A DNA stretch of 64,000 nucleotides from Saccostrea cucullata. Taxonomy: Eukaryota. Below are positions 36,729 to 60,858 of the stretch, piece by piece. The stretch spans positions 310,001-374,000 of the forward strand of contig NW_026933830.1 of the NCBI RefSeq assembly GCF_032062105.1, written 5' to 3'. The position numbers and the translations under genes are program-made. The notes under the pieces are model-generated. The model saw only the letters and a list, made by a program, of their open reading frames with translations, did not search any database and was not told the origin of the DNA. The first letter of the stretch is position 1, and every line of letters starts with the position of its first letter.

Positions 36729-38111
36729 ATAGCCCCAAAAAACATGAAACAAATTTATTGATTATTTAGTTACCGTAGTCAAATATCAACATTTATAAAA
36801 TAAACAACAAAAGAATTTTAAATTATGATCAAAGTAATCTTGTTAACTTTAATTATATATGTGACCTAGATTTAGGTTGTCGGAAGCACGAACATATATA
36901 GGCACTATGTCACTTCTCCGCCGCCATATTGAATGCAATGTTGCAGTTGATGAAACGGGAGTTGGTCAGCATGGTCAGGAAACCGATTTGTATGGATGTT
37001 AAAATAACAGAAGAAGTTGAGTTGCGTAAGAATTTGGGTGGTAATGACTAAGGGACGATGTCTGTATCAGATGATGGAGTACGTGCAGATCCATGTGGTA
37101 ATGTCAATTTCTCCACGTGGCTGTTTACCAGGAAGCGGAGTTCTCGGTCTCCGTGATAGTGGACAGCGTGCGCTAGTGACTTGCTTTCGAGCCGAAGATA
37201 ATTCATTATTTATTTTGTTTGTTAAAAAGATATATTATATCAAATTACTTAGTAAACAATTAAACAAAACATCTATTTTTTCTTTTAGCATATTTACACG
37301 CCAGTGATAATTACATGCAGGTTGACACCTGACCTTTCAGTAATAGAGAAATATACATACCACAGGGTATTACCATGAAATTAACAAGATTCAATTTTAT
37401 AGTGTTTATCATAGAGAAAACAATAGGAAATGGAAATATTATCTATTTTAGCCAGAATTGTCCAAATTCAATGAAATCGCCTTTGGAACATGTTGATGGA
37501 ACAGTCACTAGTCAAATAAATTCTGTGCACTCAAATATACATATGTATAAAGAACATCTGGACAATAATTGGTCAATATTGTAATTTTACTAAGGTAATA
37601 TTCCAACCCTGCTTTACTCCTCATGCTTTTTGGAGATAGACTTATACCCAGAATGACTGAGGATGGTGAGGGGATAACCAGTATATATTATTGTGATATA
37701 ATAATGTTCATGTAAAATTAATCTTCATTTTTTTAATTTCATGAACATAGAGCTGTACTATAGTGTTTCAGTGCATAATGCTTATTTCAGCGAACTTTCA
37801 TTTTAATCTCAACTTCTACCTACATTTATTATAATTTTAGAATTTGATTTGGTTTTTTTTGGATCACACATGCAATCTTATATCTATCAAAGTTCCCAAT
37901 ATTGACATTTAATTTTAATGCCCTTTTTATGGTCAACGGTTCAATAAAGTTGTTCCTTTTTTGAAAATTTAGTCAATAATATGGGCAATGATAGATGTAA
38001 TTTCAGCTGTCAGAAGCCTGTCCTCTGGTAATAAAGTACAAAATTTTATGCTAATCAAAGTCGCATATAAGTCTGCTTTCATTCTTTTATTTTCTACAAA
38101 AATTATCATCA

Positions 38112-38330
38112 CAGTAGCTCGGTAGGCTCTGGAGTGTTTGCTCCGTGATGGGAAAGTCGTGGGTTTGAACCCTGGCTGGGACTGACCAAAAATAGTTTCT
38201 CGTCAAGACAACATAGTGCTTGGCATTCTGAAGTGAAAGTTGCGAGTCCTTCGAATGAGACCTCTTAAAAAAAAAAAATGAGGCACTGTATCATGTAAGG
38301 CTTGGAAGGATCAAGATTCATCATGCACTG
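38112..38330 (+). mobile_element. Degenerate tRNA-derived SINE
   Basis: A-box-like TAGCTCGGTAGG and B-box-like GGTTTGAACCC at tRNA spacing, without an intact cloverleaf. Confidence 0.5.
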
Positions 38331-39224
38331 CTCAATACTGAATTGAATGCAGACTGCATAATGTTCTAGAGGTAAATTAATTAAGCCCTTTGCCGGCATA
38401 TATATAAAGGTCTCTATAAGCATGATAAGTTAGAGTGGAAAATTCTCGAAAGAGGCGTTGATCAATCAATCTAACAAAAATCAAATTCATTTCAACTTTG
38501 AAGGTAGCCGCAGATCTGTAGCTCGCTGGTCTGAAAAAAATAGGGATTAATGACAAGAGAGCTGCAGTGCCACCCATTGAAAAAAAAATGAATAAAATAT
38601 GTATTGCGAACAAAAAGTTGCGCTCATTTTTGGATTAATTTCTCCAAATTCTTACCTCAGCTATACAAAAGTAATTTAAAACAATTCCTTTGAACCTACC
38701 AATTATATTCTCATATTTTATACCTTCACAAAACGCGAAGGACCGAATTATCTTGCTGTCTAAAAAATGGCAGTGTACATAAGCAAAATTTTCGTTGGTT
38801 TCCATTCAAGCCCAGGAAAGCTATTTGCAATTAAGTTACATTCCTGTATAAGGAATGTTAAATTGTTTTGTTGTGGAAACAGTACAAGAATAATTTAGGA
38901 ACACACGGTATAGTAACATTTTTAGATGGCGGTTTGAAAAACAATTGTTTTTCAAACCGCCATCTCAAAATTTTAAGGAAAAATAAATCGAGAAACAGTG
39001 AATTTTTTCTGCACAATAAATAACTTTTTTCAATGGGTGCCACTGTTGCTCTCCGGATTGTCAATGGATGACTACCATGACTATTTTGCCTACTGGCATG
39101 TACAGTATACAGAATCTTTCATATATTAATTTTATCAATGCTCTCAGAATTGTGTTATTCATGTATCAAAATGTTATTACATGCATATCTCCGTTTGAAA
39201 AAGCAGATTGAAACGGGTAACACG

Positions 39225-39300
39225 AATCACCGAAATGCCCCGTAATCACCGAAATGCCCCTAAAATCACCGAAATGCCCATCAGAATCACCGAAATGCCC
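39225..39300. repeat. 4x AATCACCGAAATGCCC subterminal-type repeat within a decayed DNA-element cluster (~38376-40760)
   Basis: Direct repeats visible. Nearby duplicated blocks GAAAAAGCAGATTGAAAC (~39197, ~40432) and an inverted pair at ~38561/39026. Confidence 0.55.
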
Positions 39301-42300
39301 TTACATATGTTTTTACACGATGTTTTTCATAAAAATTAATTTCAGTAAAGCATAACTGACAGTAAAATTAATTATTTTCATGTTCTGTGCTTAAAGCGTA
39401 TCATACTTCAAAGGGCGATAACTCGTTTTTGGTGATGAACTTATAAGATGTGAAGTCTACGATGTTTTTAGAAATCAAGAATATACGTAAATAATATTAC
39501 AAACAGAATTTTCATTGATATGAAAAATATGATTTACGTTTAGAATATATTTAAAAAGAAAAGAAAAATAAAAAAAGACTATTTTGGCACGTGCCTTTAA
39601 TCAGTGAGAGTCTTTCTTAGATATTGTTGCAAATCTGTTTTGCTAAAATTATGTGGAATTAGAACAGTCATCAATATTTACATAGTCAACATGGCCAAAA
39701 TTTAGGAACACACCGTTTATAAAGAAAAAAAATAAACAACAAGATAAAACTTTATTAATATTAACACCATCATTAATTTTTACTGTTTATTCATACATGG
39801 CAATGTGGAAATTATAAAAAACAATTGTTTAATATTCATGGCAAATGTTGTAGTTTAACTTGGCCGCCAGTCTTCAGTTTCAAGCTTTAAATAGATGGTG
39901 AATGGAAAATAAGGGACATGAGTTGTATCCTTGATTTAAAACTGAAATTGTGAATTTTTTCTTAAAATAATGTGTAATATAGTATGAATAAATAACTTTA
40001 ACATTATCAAAATTTTTAAATATAATACTTTATTTTAGTAATGTCTAATGTGCTTATTTTATATTTCAATTTAGAAATGCATTACTAGTTGTAAATTCTC
40101 CTAAAGACATTGTCAATGGATGACTACCATGGCTATTTTGATCACTGTATTGTTTATGGTAAACTTATGCAGCAAAGTATCATGTTCTGTAAAAATTTCC
40201 ACATCTGGCATCTCTGTCTTTGATAATATACACTTTTAGAATAAGGAGCAATTACTACTGCAATTACATCTGCTAGCACAGTTGACATATATTAATTTTA
40301 TCGATATAAACACTGCATGGCCTCCATTTTTGTGTTGAATTGTGTTCCGGAATTTTTCAAAATGTATCAAAATTTTTTTGTTTATTTATTACAAAATAAG
40401 GGGCATCGGCGGCATCTCTTGGGGCATTTGTGAAAAAGCAGATTGAAACCTTTAATAAAATTAATTTCTTTACGTCTTTTCGTAAATCCCGCTCGCGGGT
40501 AATGTCTTTTTTTTCCTCACGGAACACGTCAACAGTAAAAACTGCCTTTGTGCACGTGAGAATAACAAAACTTTGCGTCAGAAATATAATTTGCTCACTG
40601 CAAAAATACATGTCAATATTAAGAGAAACCTTTCAAGCAAATTTTAATGACATTACCTTCTGCTTATTTTTCCGTAAAATTTCTTCCTGTAAACGCACTT
40701 CCTACAAGCGTCTCGCTAACGCTGCTGATCAATATCACTCGAAGCTTTGACTGACCAGCCCGCGAAATTTTGAATGACAAAATAAATTAACTAATATTAT
40801 TTCATAAAATTTGATGCTTCAAGAAACGAAGGAATCCCATTATTTATTCATTTATTGAAATTTTGATTTGAAATAATCTTTTTTTTCACGCCGGATGTAT
40901 AACCACTGGCCACAACGTTCACCCAAGTAACTAATGCCCTGTTCATCATCCGATTTTTTCCTGCGTTTTCTAATGTAAAACATTGATCACAAATGATGTC
41001 CTGATCATGCTACCAGGGGTAATGATTTGAATAAATCTGAATCTGCGTAACCTGCAGATGCTTCCACATAAATTATATGCCTAATCATGGCTTTAATGCT
41101 GTTCCTAGGAAAATATTTAAAGTCTTTTCCTACTAGTATCCCTATATGTTAAACTTTGATCCATCATTTCTGCCTCATCCTACAGCCAAGGGTCATGATT
41201 TGAACAAACATGAATTATCTATACTACCATCGTCTCAAGCCTCTGTTCAGTGTTCACATAAACTCTATTGGAGAGGATCGTACATTTTGGCTGTGGTTTG
41301 CAACAATGTGACCATGTCTTTGCTTTCCTGATATTTCCAATGTATTTTCTATATATCAGTTTGATCACCTTTGATTAATAGCTTTCTTTCAGATCAATTT
41401 CAAAGGCGATAGCATTACATGGTCAAGGCCATAGGCCCAATATTGCTGTTTTTGAGAGCATCTTGGAATGGAATAAAACCTAAGATCATAAGCGTAGCCC
41501 CCCTCCTTTTTTTGCAAATATATACATAATATAGACATTGGAAATTGGGGTTTACCTTTTTATGTTGGTTTAGCCCCCCTTTCAATTAGCCCCCCAACTT
41601 TCTTCAATTTGCTTCTGACGCCTATGAAGATTATGCTATCTTTAAGGGGATGAAGGATGTATGGTCACGTGACTCAGTTGATTTACATCATAATCTCAGA
41701 TAAAATATGTACAAAACGAGATTGAAACCACCACAGTACTTGTATAATTTTTTTGACTGTTTGTTTGCGTTCACCATCTAGTATAAAAATATCTTAAAAC
41801 ATTCAAAATTTCTTGCAAATATTATCAAATTACGGAATAGATTAATCCACTCTGCCGTTTCCCTACTCTGCGCGTCCAGTGCGTCTTTGACGTCATAGTG
41901 GACCTCTTAGTTCAGTAAGATCATACACGATAAAAACGGGTAGTATAAAATCATAAAAACGGGCCATAATATGTACATGGTAGGGTATTTTGTAAATTTC
42001 AGAACGCAAAAAATATTTTTACATGGTTGTTGACGGAAAAAATTTCAGGAATGTGTGACGTCATAGTTGGGTTTTCCCCCGAGAAATGTAAACATGACCG
42101 TTTTTTTGCAAATATATACGATATTTTTAATAATAGACAATGACGACCTTGAACTTCGACGTAAATTTTCTGAATGATAGGATTTTTTGCAAATTAATTT
42201 TTTTATGGTTTAAGTTGTCCTAAAAAATGTTGGTTTATTTTAAAAGACCCCGCTGGTATATTTTTTAATGGTGAAAAATTTCAATTTCGACCGAGCAATG

Positions 42301-43204
42301 GACCCAGAAACACGGAGAATAAAAACCAACTTTCTTCATGTCTGCTTTATTTGTTCTGTAGGACATACTATGAAGATATATTAGGTATTTTATGCTATCT
42401 TTAAGTTGAAACTTGATCACATAATCTTGGGTTTTATTCCATTCCCTGCATCATGTGTATTTTCCTTTGCAAATGACCCTGAAGTTTACGACACTCACCG
42501 AGTACATACAACCCGATAAGAATGTGTTCGTTCCTTGGAGTTAAGACAACTATCCTGATTAAGCATTTAAACTGTACAAGACTCATACACCATAGTAGCT
42601 TTGCCATCTCCTTTTTCAGTCCTGGGGTGTTAAAACCCTTCACTTTGGTACACCTGACTGCTTCTACCTCGTCAGTGCTGTATGTAGTTCACAGATACCT
42701 CACTGTCCTTTTAAATTACATTTTTTACGTAATTGCACATTTCACTTTGCAATGCATAGATTTGATATTGAATACCCTCAATAACTTTTTATGCACCAGG
42801 ATTGATAGATCCGGGGCATATATTGTTTTTATCCTGTCTGCCTGTTTGTTTGTTTGTCTGCAAACATTAACCTTCGCCATAAATTTTGAAACATGACAGA
42901 TAGAGACTTCATATTTGGTATGCATACTCCACTAATTATTTCTAATGTTGCAGAAGCTTGTCTTGACCTAGGATCAATGACAGTAAGAAGAAAACTGCTC
43001 ATCTCACTCCTTTCATATTTTTATACCTTCTAGATATAGAAAGGGCACTAACCCATTTTTCGATGTAGCTACAAATGGACAAACTATACATTCCAATCTC
43101 TGAATGCACTCAACTCTTGAAAACAAAACAGTTTCAGGTTTAATGATTTTTTTTCAGACATAAACAAAAATATTCAATGGCTCCTGCATACATCATTTCA
43201 TTAA

Positions 43205-43235
<31 letters not shown>

Positions 43236-43808
43236 ATCATCATACTATCATTTCAATGGAAGACAAGCTTTAACTATTAAATTTACTTGCCATAAAAAAA
43301 GATTCAACAATCACTCAAAACAACATGACAGCCATTTCATTTCAGCACATTATGTTTAGGAATTTTCATATTAGTCAAACATCATTTCCAACATTTTCAG
43401 ATGCATAATTATTCACTCGCTCATCACATCTTAATCAAAATAGGAATATAACTTCTAAAAGCAATCAAAAAATCATTGCTTTAAATCTAGAACTAAAATC
43501 AAGCCAAGAAAACCATTGATAACAAGAACAGATCAATGTACAGGTTAAGGAGATGTTAACAGACTCTCCTAACACAATAGATACATGCACCATAAACACA
43601 CACAGGAAATAAATACTTGTTACATCGTCTCTATGCACAGTTACAGTGGTTAATCTCGTACAATGATGGTATGTGTAATTTACAGTATAGTATATATTAT
43701 CTGGAGTCACTGTAACGGGGGGCATAGTTGTCTGTTACACAGCACTATTACATTAGCTCTGGGGGGCAGTGTCACAGGTGACCTAGATAAGGACACACTG
43801 AGGAGGGA

Positions 43809-53760
<9,952 letters not shown>

Positions 53761-53764
53761 TTCC

Positions 53765-53860
53765 TTTCTGGAAAATGGCGACCACAAATATTTTCTGCGA
53801 TGTTGTCGGCTTCCTCGCGAGAAATTGAACAATTAGTACGTGTGCGCTATCTATAACGAT
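53765..53860 (-). promoter_or_regulatory. OGT housekeeping-type core promoter / 5' UTR
   Basis: CCTCGCGAGA (near the TCTCGCGAGA palindrome motif) at ~53813-53822 and AAAATGGCG (YY1-like) at ~53772, just upstream of the ATG. Confidence 0.5.
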
Positions 53861-54347
53861 GGAAAAAAGGAAAAATCCTTTTGTAAATCACATAAATGAA
53901 CAGTTTCCTATAAATTACAATTTTATCAGCGTTTTCCCTTCTCTGCACATGTAACCCACCTTCTTCGAGGACACGAAGCTCATGAATATTCAAACGTCAC
54001 GATTAGTGTGACGTCAAACAATCTGATTACCGCTTTTGATATGGAAACATTTCATTCATGTACTAGGCCTATTAGATGAAAAAATTTGCATAAAATCAAT
54101 TTCCAAGCTAAAGTTTGACTTCTCTTCATAAACGGAGAAAACTATTTTCATTTAAAAAAGAAGGATCTTCTCTCAAAAATTCAGTGACGTAATGGTCACA
54201 TGATGAATCTTTCCGTATATATGCGTTCTGCGCAAAGGCCAACAATGAATATGGGCGGATCTTTAAGAACAGCTTCAACAAGGATGTTTTTTTTTTATCA
54301 CCGCTCACATAGATCGTCTTCTTAACTTGCCAACTGAGGTTTTTGCT

Positions 54348-54499
54348 GTTGAATTTACCATTTTATTCAATCCATAGGGGTTCCTCACAATATTAAACTT
54401 CTTAATTACTGTCTACAAATTACACCCTATATATCGAATAGTAAGAAGTTTAATATTGTTAGGAACCCCAATGGATTGAATAAAATGGTAAATTCAACA
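54348..54499. repeat. Near-perfect inverted repeat (~57-bp arms, ~35-bp loop), probable small MITE
   Basis: TGTTGAATTTACCATTTTATTCAATCCATAGGGGTTCCTCACAATATTAAACTTCTTA pairs with TAAGAAGTTTAATATTGTTAGGAACCCCAATGGATTGAATAAAATGGTAAATTCAACA. Confidence 0.85.
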
Positions 54500-55280
54500 A
54501 ATGTTCACACCTCAGCAAAAATTTTGAATTGCACAGTAAATTTCTGAATCCTACCAACGATTTCTTTTATTTTATAATTTTTTTTCCGTTGGAACGGCAG
54601 ATTCGTTTGAACGAGTTAGAAATTAATATTTTGAACGGTTATCAAAAACCGTTTTAAACATGTACAAACGATTTTCTATGGCGAAAGCATGATTTTACTG
54701 AAGAAAAAAAAATCATACAAACGATTCTTTAAAAAATTGTTCGAACAACTTCAACTACATGTACTAAATTGTGGTTGTACAAACGAATTTCTAAGTCGTA
54801 CAAGCGATGTTCTAATTCGCACAAAAGGCTCCGAGTTATAAAATTCAGAATAAATCTAACAGAGTCCATTATCCAGATAAAACATATACACTGTGATCAA
54901 TCAGAAGTCACATTTTAAAAAAAAAATTATTTTTACCACAATTAATTGAATTCAATATATACAATCCACTTCAGGCGAGGATTCAGGATTTTTTTTTCCA
55001 GAGGAGGGGTCTACCCCAGACCAAAAAAAAATATCTAACCCCAAAAAATTCTTGACAAGCAAAAGAAGTAAACATTTTCCAATTAAACGTGAAAAACCTA
55101 TATTTGGTGGTGGTGGTGGTGGTGGTGGAGGTGGTAAGGGGGTGTTATAGTCGTTGACTTTTAAAGCTTCGATCAAACCAATTTCAAATAAATCCGCGTT
55201 TTCAATGAGAGGTCCAACGATTTTTTTTTGGGGGGGGGGGGGGTCTAAGGTCACTATTACTTGGAATAGTATATAGATTT

Positions 55281-56910
55281 AACAAGCAAATTCAAAGAAT
55301 TGTGGTACCCCGCTTTCGGTGTCTTTGTTGGTGAGATGTTATTTTTTAGGACATATTGTGTCTAATATGAACATCCTATTATATGTCATTTCTTAGAAAT
55401 TATCTTTGAAGTTGATTTTTTTGAAGAATGAAAACCCTAATCCTGACCGTTAAAAAGTTATGGCCAAAGTAAACGTTTTTTAAAAGAAGGTCAACTCCAA
55501 GGTCAAGATCAAAGGCTCAAAGTTATTGATGAAAGGTTTTCTCACAAGGATTATATATGTGAAGTATGATAGCCCAAGCCCTTACCGTTCAAAAGTTGTG
55601 GTCAAGGTTAAAATTTTTTTCATAAGTACGTAAATCTTTAAGGTCAAGGTCAAAAGGTCAAAGTTGTTGATATCCAATGAAAGGACTTGCCACAAAGAAT
55701 ACATATGTGAAATATAAAAGTCCTAGTATTTACCGTTCAAAAGTTGTGACCAAAGTTAAAGTTTTTTTTAAAGTAGTTAAAACTCTTATGTCAAGGTCAA
55801 AGGGTAAATGTTGTTGGTATCCAATGAAAGATCTTCTAAAAAGGATTACATATGTGAAGTACGAAAGCCCTATCCCTCACTGTTCAAAAGTTATGGTCAA
55901 GGTTAAAGTATTTTCATAAGTATGTAAATCTCCAAGGTCAAGGTCAAAAGGTCAAGGTTGTTGATATCCAATGAAATGTCTTGCAACAAGGAATGCATAT
56001 GTGAAATATAAAAGTCCTAGTATCAACTGTTTAAAAGTTGTGACCAAGGTTAAAGATTTTAAAAAATAGTTAAAACTCCAAGGTCAAGGTCAAAGGGTAA
56101 AAGTTACTGGTATCCAATGAAAGGTCTTCTCACAAGAATTACATATGTGAAGTACAAAAGCCTTAGTCCTCACCGTTCAAAAGTTATGGTCAAGGTTAAC
56201 GTTTTTTCATAAGTATGTAAATCTCCAAAGTCAAGGTCAAAAGGTCAAAGTTGTTGGTATCCAATGAAAGGTCTTGCCACAAACAATACATATATGAAAT
56301 ATGCAAGTCTTAGTTTCTTCCACTCAAAAGTTATGGCCAAAGTAAAAGTTTGAAATTTCTGTGTAAAAGTGGGTCAAACTCCAAGGTCAAGGTCAAAAGG
56401 TCAAGTTTGGTGGTACCCAAAGAAAGGTCTTGTCACAAGGAATACACATGTGGAATATGAAAGTCATAGCTCTACTAAATCAAAAGATATGGGCAAGGTT
56501 AAAGTTTTTGTGACTAATAGGTACTAATAGGACTTTCATATTTCACATATGTATTCTTTGTAGCAAGACCTTTTATTTGATACCAACTACTTTGACCTTT
56601 TGACCTTAATTTGGAGATTTCCGTACTTATGAAAAAACTTTAACCTTGACCATAACTTTTGAATGGTAAGGGCTAGGGCTTTCATACTAGACATATGTAA
56701 TCCTTTTGAGAAGACTTTTCATTGGATACCAAGAACGTTAACACTTTGACCTTGACCTTGGAGTTCAGTTATAATTTCTAATCATATAAATAGATGACTT
56801 ATGATAGGACGTTCATATTAGACACAAAATGTCATAAAAAAATGACAACTCACCAAAAAAAAAAAAAGACACCGAAAGCGGGGGACCACAATTCTTTGAA
56901 TTTGCTTGTT
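55281..56910. mobile_element. Satellite-bearing element (AAGGTCAAGGTCA ~146-bp units) with an inverted copy of its own 5' end
   Basis: AACAAGCAAATTCAAAGAATTGTGGTACCCCGCTTTCGGTGTCTTT at 55282, its reverse complement at ~56865-56910. The array flips orientation near 56515. Confidence 0.7.
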
Positions 56911-57839
56911 GATGCAAATCACCCATATTCCCCAAACTCGGGCAAGACAATTTACGGAAGCAGATTTCAGGGGGTGGATCCTAGGTTTTCAGCTTTCTTA
57001 GTTAAAGAAAAATTAACTTGATATTACATTCCACCATTTATTTCAATCATTGATATTTTTTTTTTTTACTTTAAAATGAAAATATTTACATAGCCAATCA
57101 GGTAACGTCTACTCATTTAGTACTCTTCTTCATCTCCTTTTCCCCATAATTCCACGCTGTACTTTCACAACTACCTAGTATATTTGAGAGGCAGCTTACT
57201 TTTACTGAAGAATGAGTTTACTATAATTAATTTTAACATTCTTTTTATTTTACTTTTTTAACAGCATTTGATTTAGATGCCCCCCCCCCCCTAAAAAAGG
57301 GGTGGGTGCAAGGCTTCTAAATAATTAGTATTCCTACCTATGTTTTAAACCCAATAAAACTTAAGATCCCTCCCTCAAAACTGCTGACATTAATTGCCTC
57401 GCGCACATCTCCCTGGGGAAGAATCACAGTTTAACGTTTAATTCGGCTTTTATTGAGTTTCCTCTCCGCATAGAATGCGTAAGTTTTCTTGGCATGCAGA
57501 TCTCAACCCCCCTTTTCTGTTTGTTTGAATTTCATTGTCAATGCATCAAATTCTTTTGATGTAATATATATAGACACAGAATGATTTATACCGGTAATAA
57601 TTTTGATTTACTGGACTGGGCGAAATGCATGAAACCTCCAGAACACAATAACATATAGACAGAAGTGAAACTCTCAAATATTTTCTATGCAAAAATAATT
57701 TTTTTAAAAAAATTTAAAAAAAAATAATTCCTCAAACGAGCAAAATTAAAATCACGACAAGGCCAATGATCTATTACATGAAACTCAACATAACTTTTCT
57801 GACTGATTTTTCTAACCGGAGAGTGAGAATAAGTGGTTT

Positions 57840-58280
57840 CATTATACCCCCCGCTTGTTACGCGTCTGTCCGTACATCTGTCTGTTAAGCTTTAGGATAC
57901 CCATCTCTAATCTTATACCACTGAAAGGAAATGTATGAGACTTTCACAGAATCATCTTTGTTACATATATAGAACCATTGTGCACCTCCTATGTTACTTT
58001 TTGATCGGAAACATATTACGGGTTTCCAATAGCAAAACATTAATTGACACTGCCATTTTTTCTATATTGCATGAAGAGTATACCCATCCTTTATCCGCAA
58101 CATCTTCCTATACCACTGACTAAAATTTAATGTCATTGTGCACCTCAAGGTCCTTTATTTTACTTATTTATCTAACACTTATTTTCGTGTCTCCCAGGGT
58201 AAAATATAGACTTTGCCATTATAACATATAGGAGGCGGGGGTATCATTAGTGAGCTCAGTGCTCATAATAGATCTAGTTT
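57840..58280 (-). mobile_element. Short HINE-like element remnant
   Basis: ATACCCCCCGC ... GCGGGGGTAT subterminal inverted motif, TCTGTC/CCGT microsatellite remnant, and a hairpin followed by CTAGTTTT. Confidence 0.5.
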
Positions 58281-59623
58281 TACCTATCACCTGTTCATGC
58301 TCCCTGGTCCCCCCGCATACAAAGTACATGGGAGCTTGTCTCAGAAGCTCATTTACGTACATTTTGTATGCAGTATTATCTGCTTAGAGCAGGGGTGTCA
58401 TTGGATACCATCCAACTCATTGTAGCCAGGATTAGAACAGGAAAGCCAGCAGAAATAAGGCATCTTTTGGAGAAATGGCAAACTTCATGAATGTCATGAT
58501 GATGCATGTGTAATGTACAGATGAGATTCAGAGTGATAATCATTTCCCCCCCCCCCCCTTTTTTTTAAAAAAAAAGATGTTAGTAATTTGTTATTATCCT
58601 CAAATCAGAGAGATTATTCTGCTATGAATTGTAATCCTTTGGCTGGAATCGTATTAATCAGATTAAATCATATTGTAGAGATATTAAAATCTTCAGACCA
58701 TACAGATGACGTGAATTAAATTGATCTCTGTAGAGATGATGACAGAGAGAATCCACCAATATTTTCAAATCAAACATCAGAGCCATCCAACATCGATTTG
58801 TACATTTCCTTTTATAATGAAAAGAAAATTAAAAGTTGTATGAGAAATTTTCCTTCAGTAACTAATATATTGTTAGAACAGAGCCGAGATCTGAAAATGG
58901 TGGAAGTGCATCGAAAGGTCGCACTGTGGAACTAATGTGTAGCAATGGCTGTACTGTAGGACTGAGGCGTGGAAGGAGATTTGTTTGTTCCCCGCGCTGG
59001 ACTGTACAACTTGGACGTGGATCCATGGGTCCAACAGTAGAACTAAAACCAGATCGTATATCTACAATACCTACATCAACCATACCTGTCGTACATGGAA
59101 TGTCAGCCATATTTGTCCTCTCTACCACCGAACTGAAGTTGTCGGTGATGGCGACTAAATATTAATTTTCTGTGATTCAGTCACTGATTAGTTATATAGT
59201 TTACTCCCCTAGAAGGCATAAAACACGTTTCTAAAAGTTACATGTATAAAACAACCTGAAACACACCAGGAAGAGCAGCTAGCACAAGTAGTGTGTCACT
59301 GTGAATATTTTTTTTTTATATAAATCTTAAATTTTTCCAAGTAGGCTAGTTTCGATTTAAGCCGTTCTGATAAACTCGTATCCTCGACCTGTCTGACTCA
59401 AGTTAAAAATTAAAAGTCATCTCTATAACTAAAGGCATTTAAATTCGATGAACAATACTATGACTTTGATAAAAAGTCGATCCCTTCCTAAATTTACAAT
59501 TTATGATAATTTACATTCATCTATTTTTGATTATATTATTGCGATACTAGTTTTATACTATGCACATTTGATTCATCTGTATAAAAATTCATACATGAAA
59601 GAATAAATAAAAAACAAAATAAT

Positions 59624-60785
59624 ACAAGCAAATTTAAAGAAAGTTGGTCCTCGCTTTCAGTGTCTTTGTGGATGGGGTGCCATTAATGTATGGTATATTG
59701 TGAACGCCATGTCATATGTCATTCAACAGTAATAACGAAAGTTAATTTTATTTAAATTAGCTCAAACATGAAGGTCAAGGTCAAGGTTAAAAAAAATCAT
59801 ATTAATTAAAAAAATATATTTTTTTAAAAAATCATCATACATACAAAAATGAATTACAACACCTTTGTTTTCATAAAAAAAAATAAAGATAATGTTTTTT
59901 TGAAGGTTTTATTTACCTCATTTCAATGCACAAAAGTTTTTTAGTAGTTCTAATACTTGTAGGATTGATAATGTCGAAAAATAAAAAATAACATGTTAAT
60001 TCACAAAATTTGTAATACCATTGAGCATTAAATTTAACAAATATTGTTTATTTACATTGATTATTAAATTAGAATAAAAATAAAGTATCAAGCATGATTT
60101 TCATTTTCACATAAAAAATTTACAAAAATGACACATTTTTGCAATAAACATATTTTTCTCGCAATGAATCTCTGTAAACATCTTTAATCTATCAAATTTC
60201 AATATACAGTGTATGAGCATTAATTTTTAGTTTTGATTATATTGTATATTGTGAACGATTTCTTCAAAGGTAATCATGAAAGTGTAATTTATATTCATTT
60301 TAAAAAATCAATTATAACGTAAAACTTTGAAGGTCAAGGTTTGGGTTAAAAAAATCATATTAAAAAATTATAGCATGGTCGGAGATAGCTTGGCGTGGAT
60401 AACGCGCATGTCAAATATGAAAATCTCTTTCCTTCTCAATCAAAATTTATAAGTAAAGATAACATTTTTTAAAAGTAGGTTATACTTCAAAGTTAAGATC
60501 ACAGGGTAAAAAATCATGGTATGTTTAGAAAGGTCTTGTCATGGATAATATATATATGCAATATGAAAGCCCTATCTTTTCTTTTACAAAAGTTGTATCC
60601 AATTTAGTGTAATGTTACATTTTTTTGAAAAGTAGGTCAAACGTCAAGGTCAAGGTCACATGGTTAAAAACCATAGCTAGTATATTTGGAAATGTCTTGC
60701 CACAGGAAATTAACGTATGAAAGCACTAGGTATCTCTTCTCATTCAAAAGTTATGACCATGATAAAAGTTTTTGTAAAAAAAAAT
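59624..60785 (+). mobile_element. Degenerate copy of the AAGGTCAAGG satellite-bearing element, abutting the COG8 promoter
   Basis: Starts ACAAGCAAATTTAAAGAAAGTTGGTCCTCGCTTTCAGTGTCTTTG (homologous to 55283). Decayed monomers run to ~60780. Confidence 0.6.
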
Positions 60786-60858
60786 CTGGCACAGTTGGGA
60801 GTCGAGCTCTGCGAGTACTACATTTACCCAACCCCAGACACTCACTTCCGGTAAGAAG
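60786..60858 (+). promoter_or_regulatory. Compact COG8 promoter / 5' UTR
   Basis: ACTACATTTACCCA (ZNF143-associated-like motif) at ~60817 and CACTTCCGG (ETS/GABP-like) at 60843-60851, just before the ATG. Confidence 0.5.

Noticed and set aside
38112-38190. Possible tRNA gene
   Set aside because: Only degenerate A/B boxes, with no acceptor or anticodon stems. Better explained as a SINE head.
42490-42570. Candidate non-coding first exon (GTGAGT donor, minus strand) for the thymosin gene just past the OGT 3' end
   Set aside because: A lone donor motif 16 kb from the ATG exon cannot be supported without transcripts.
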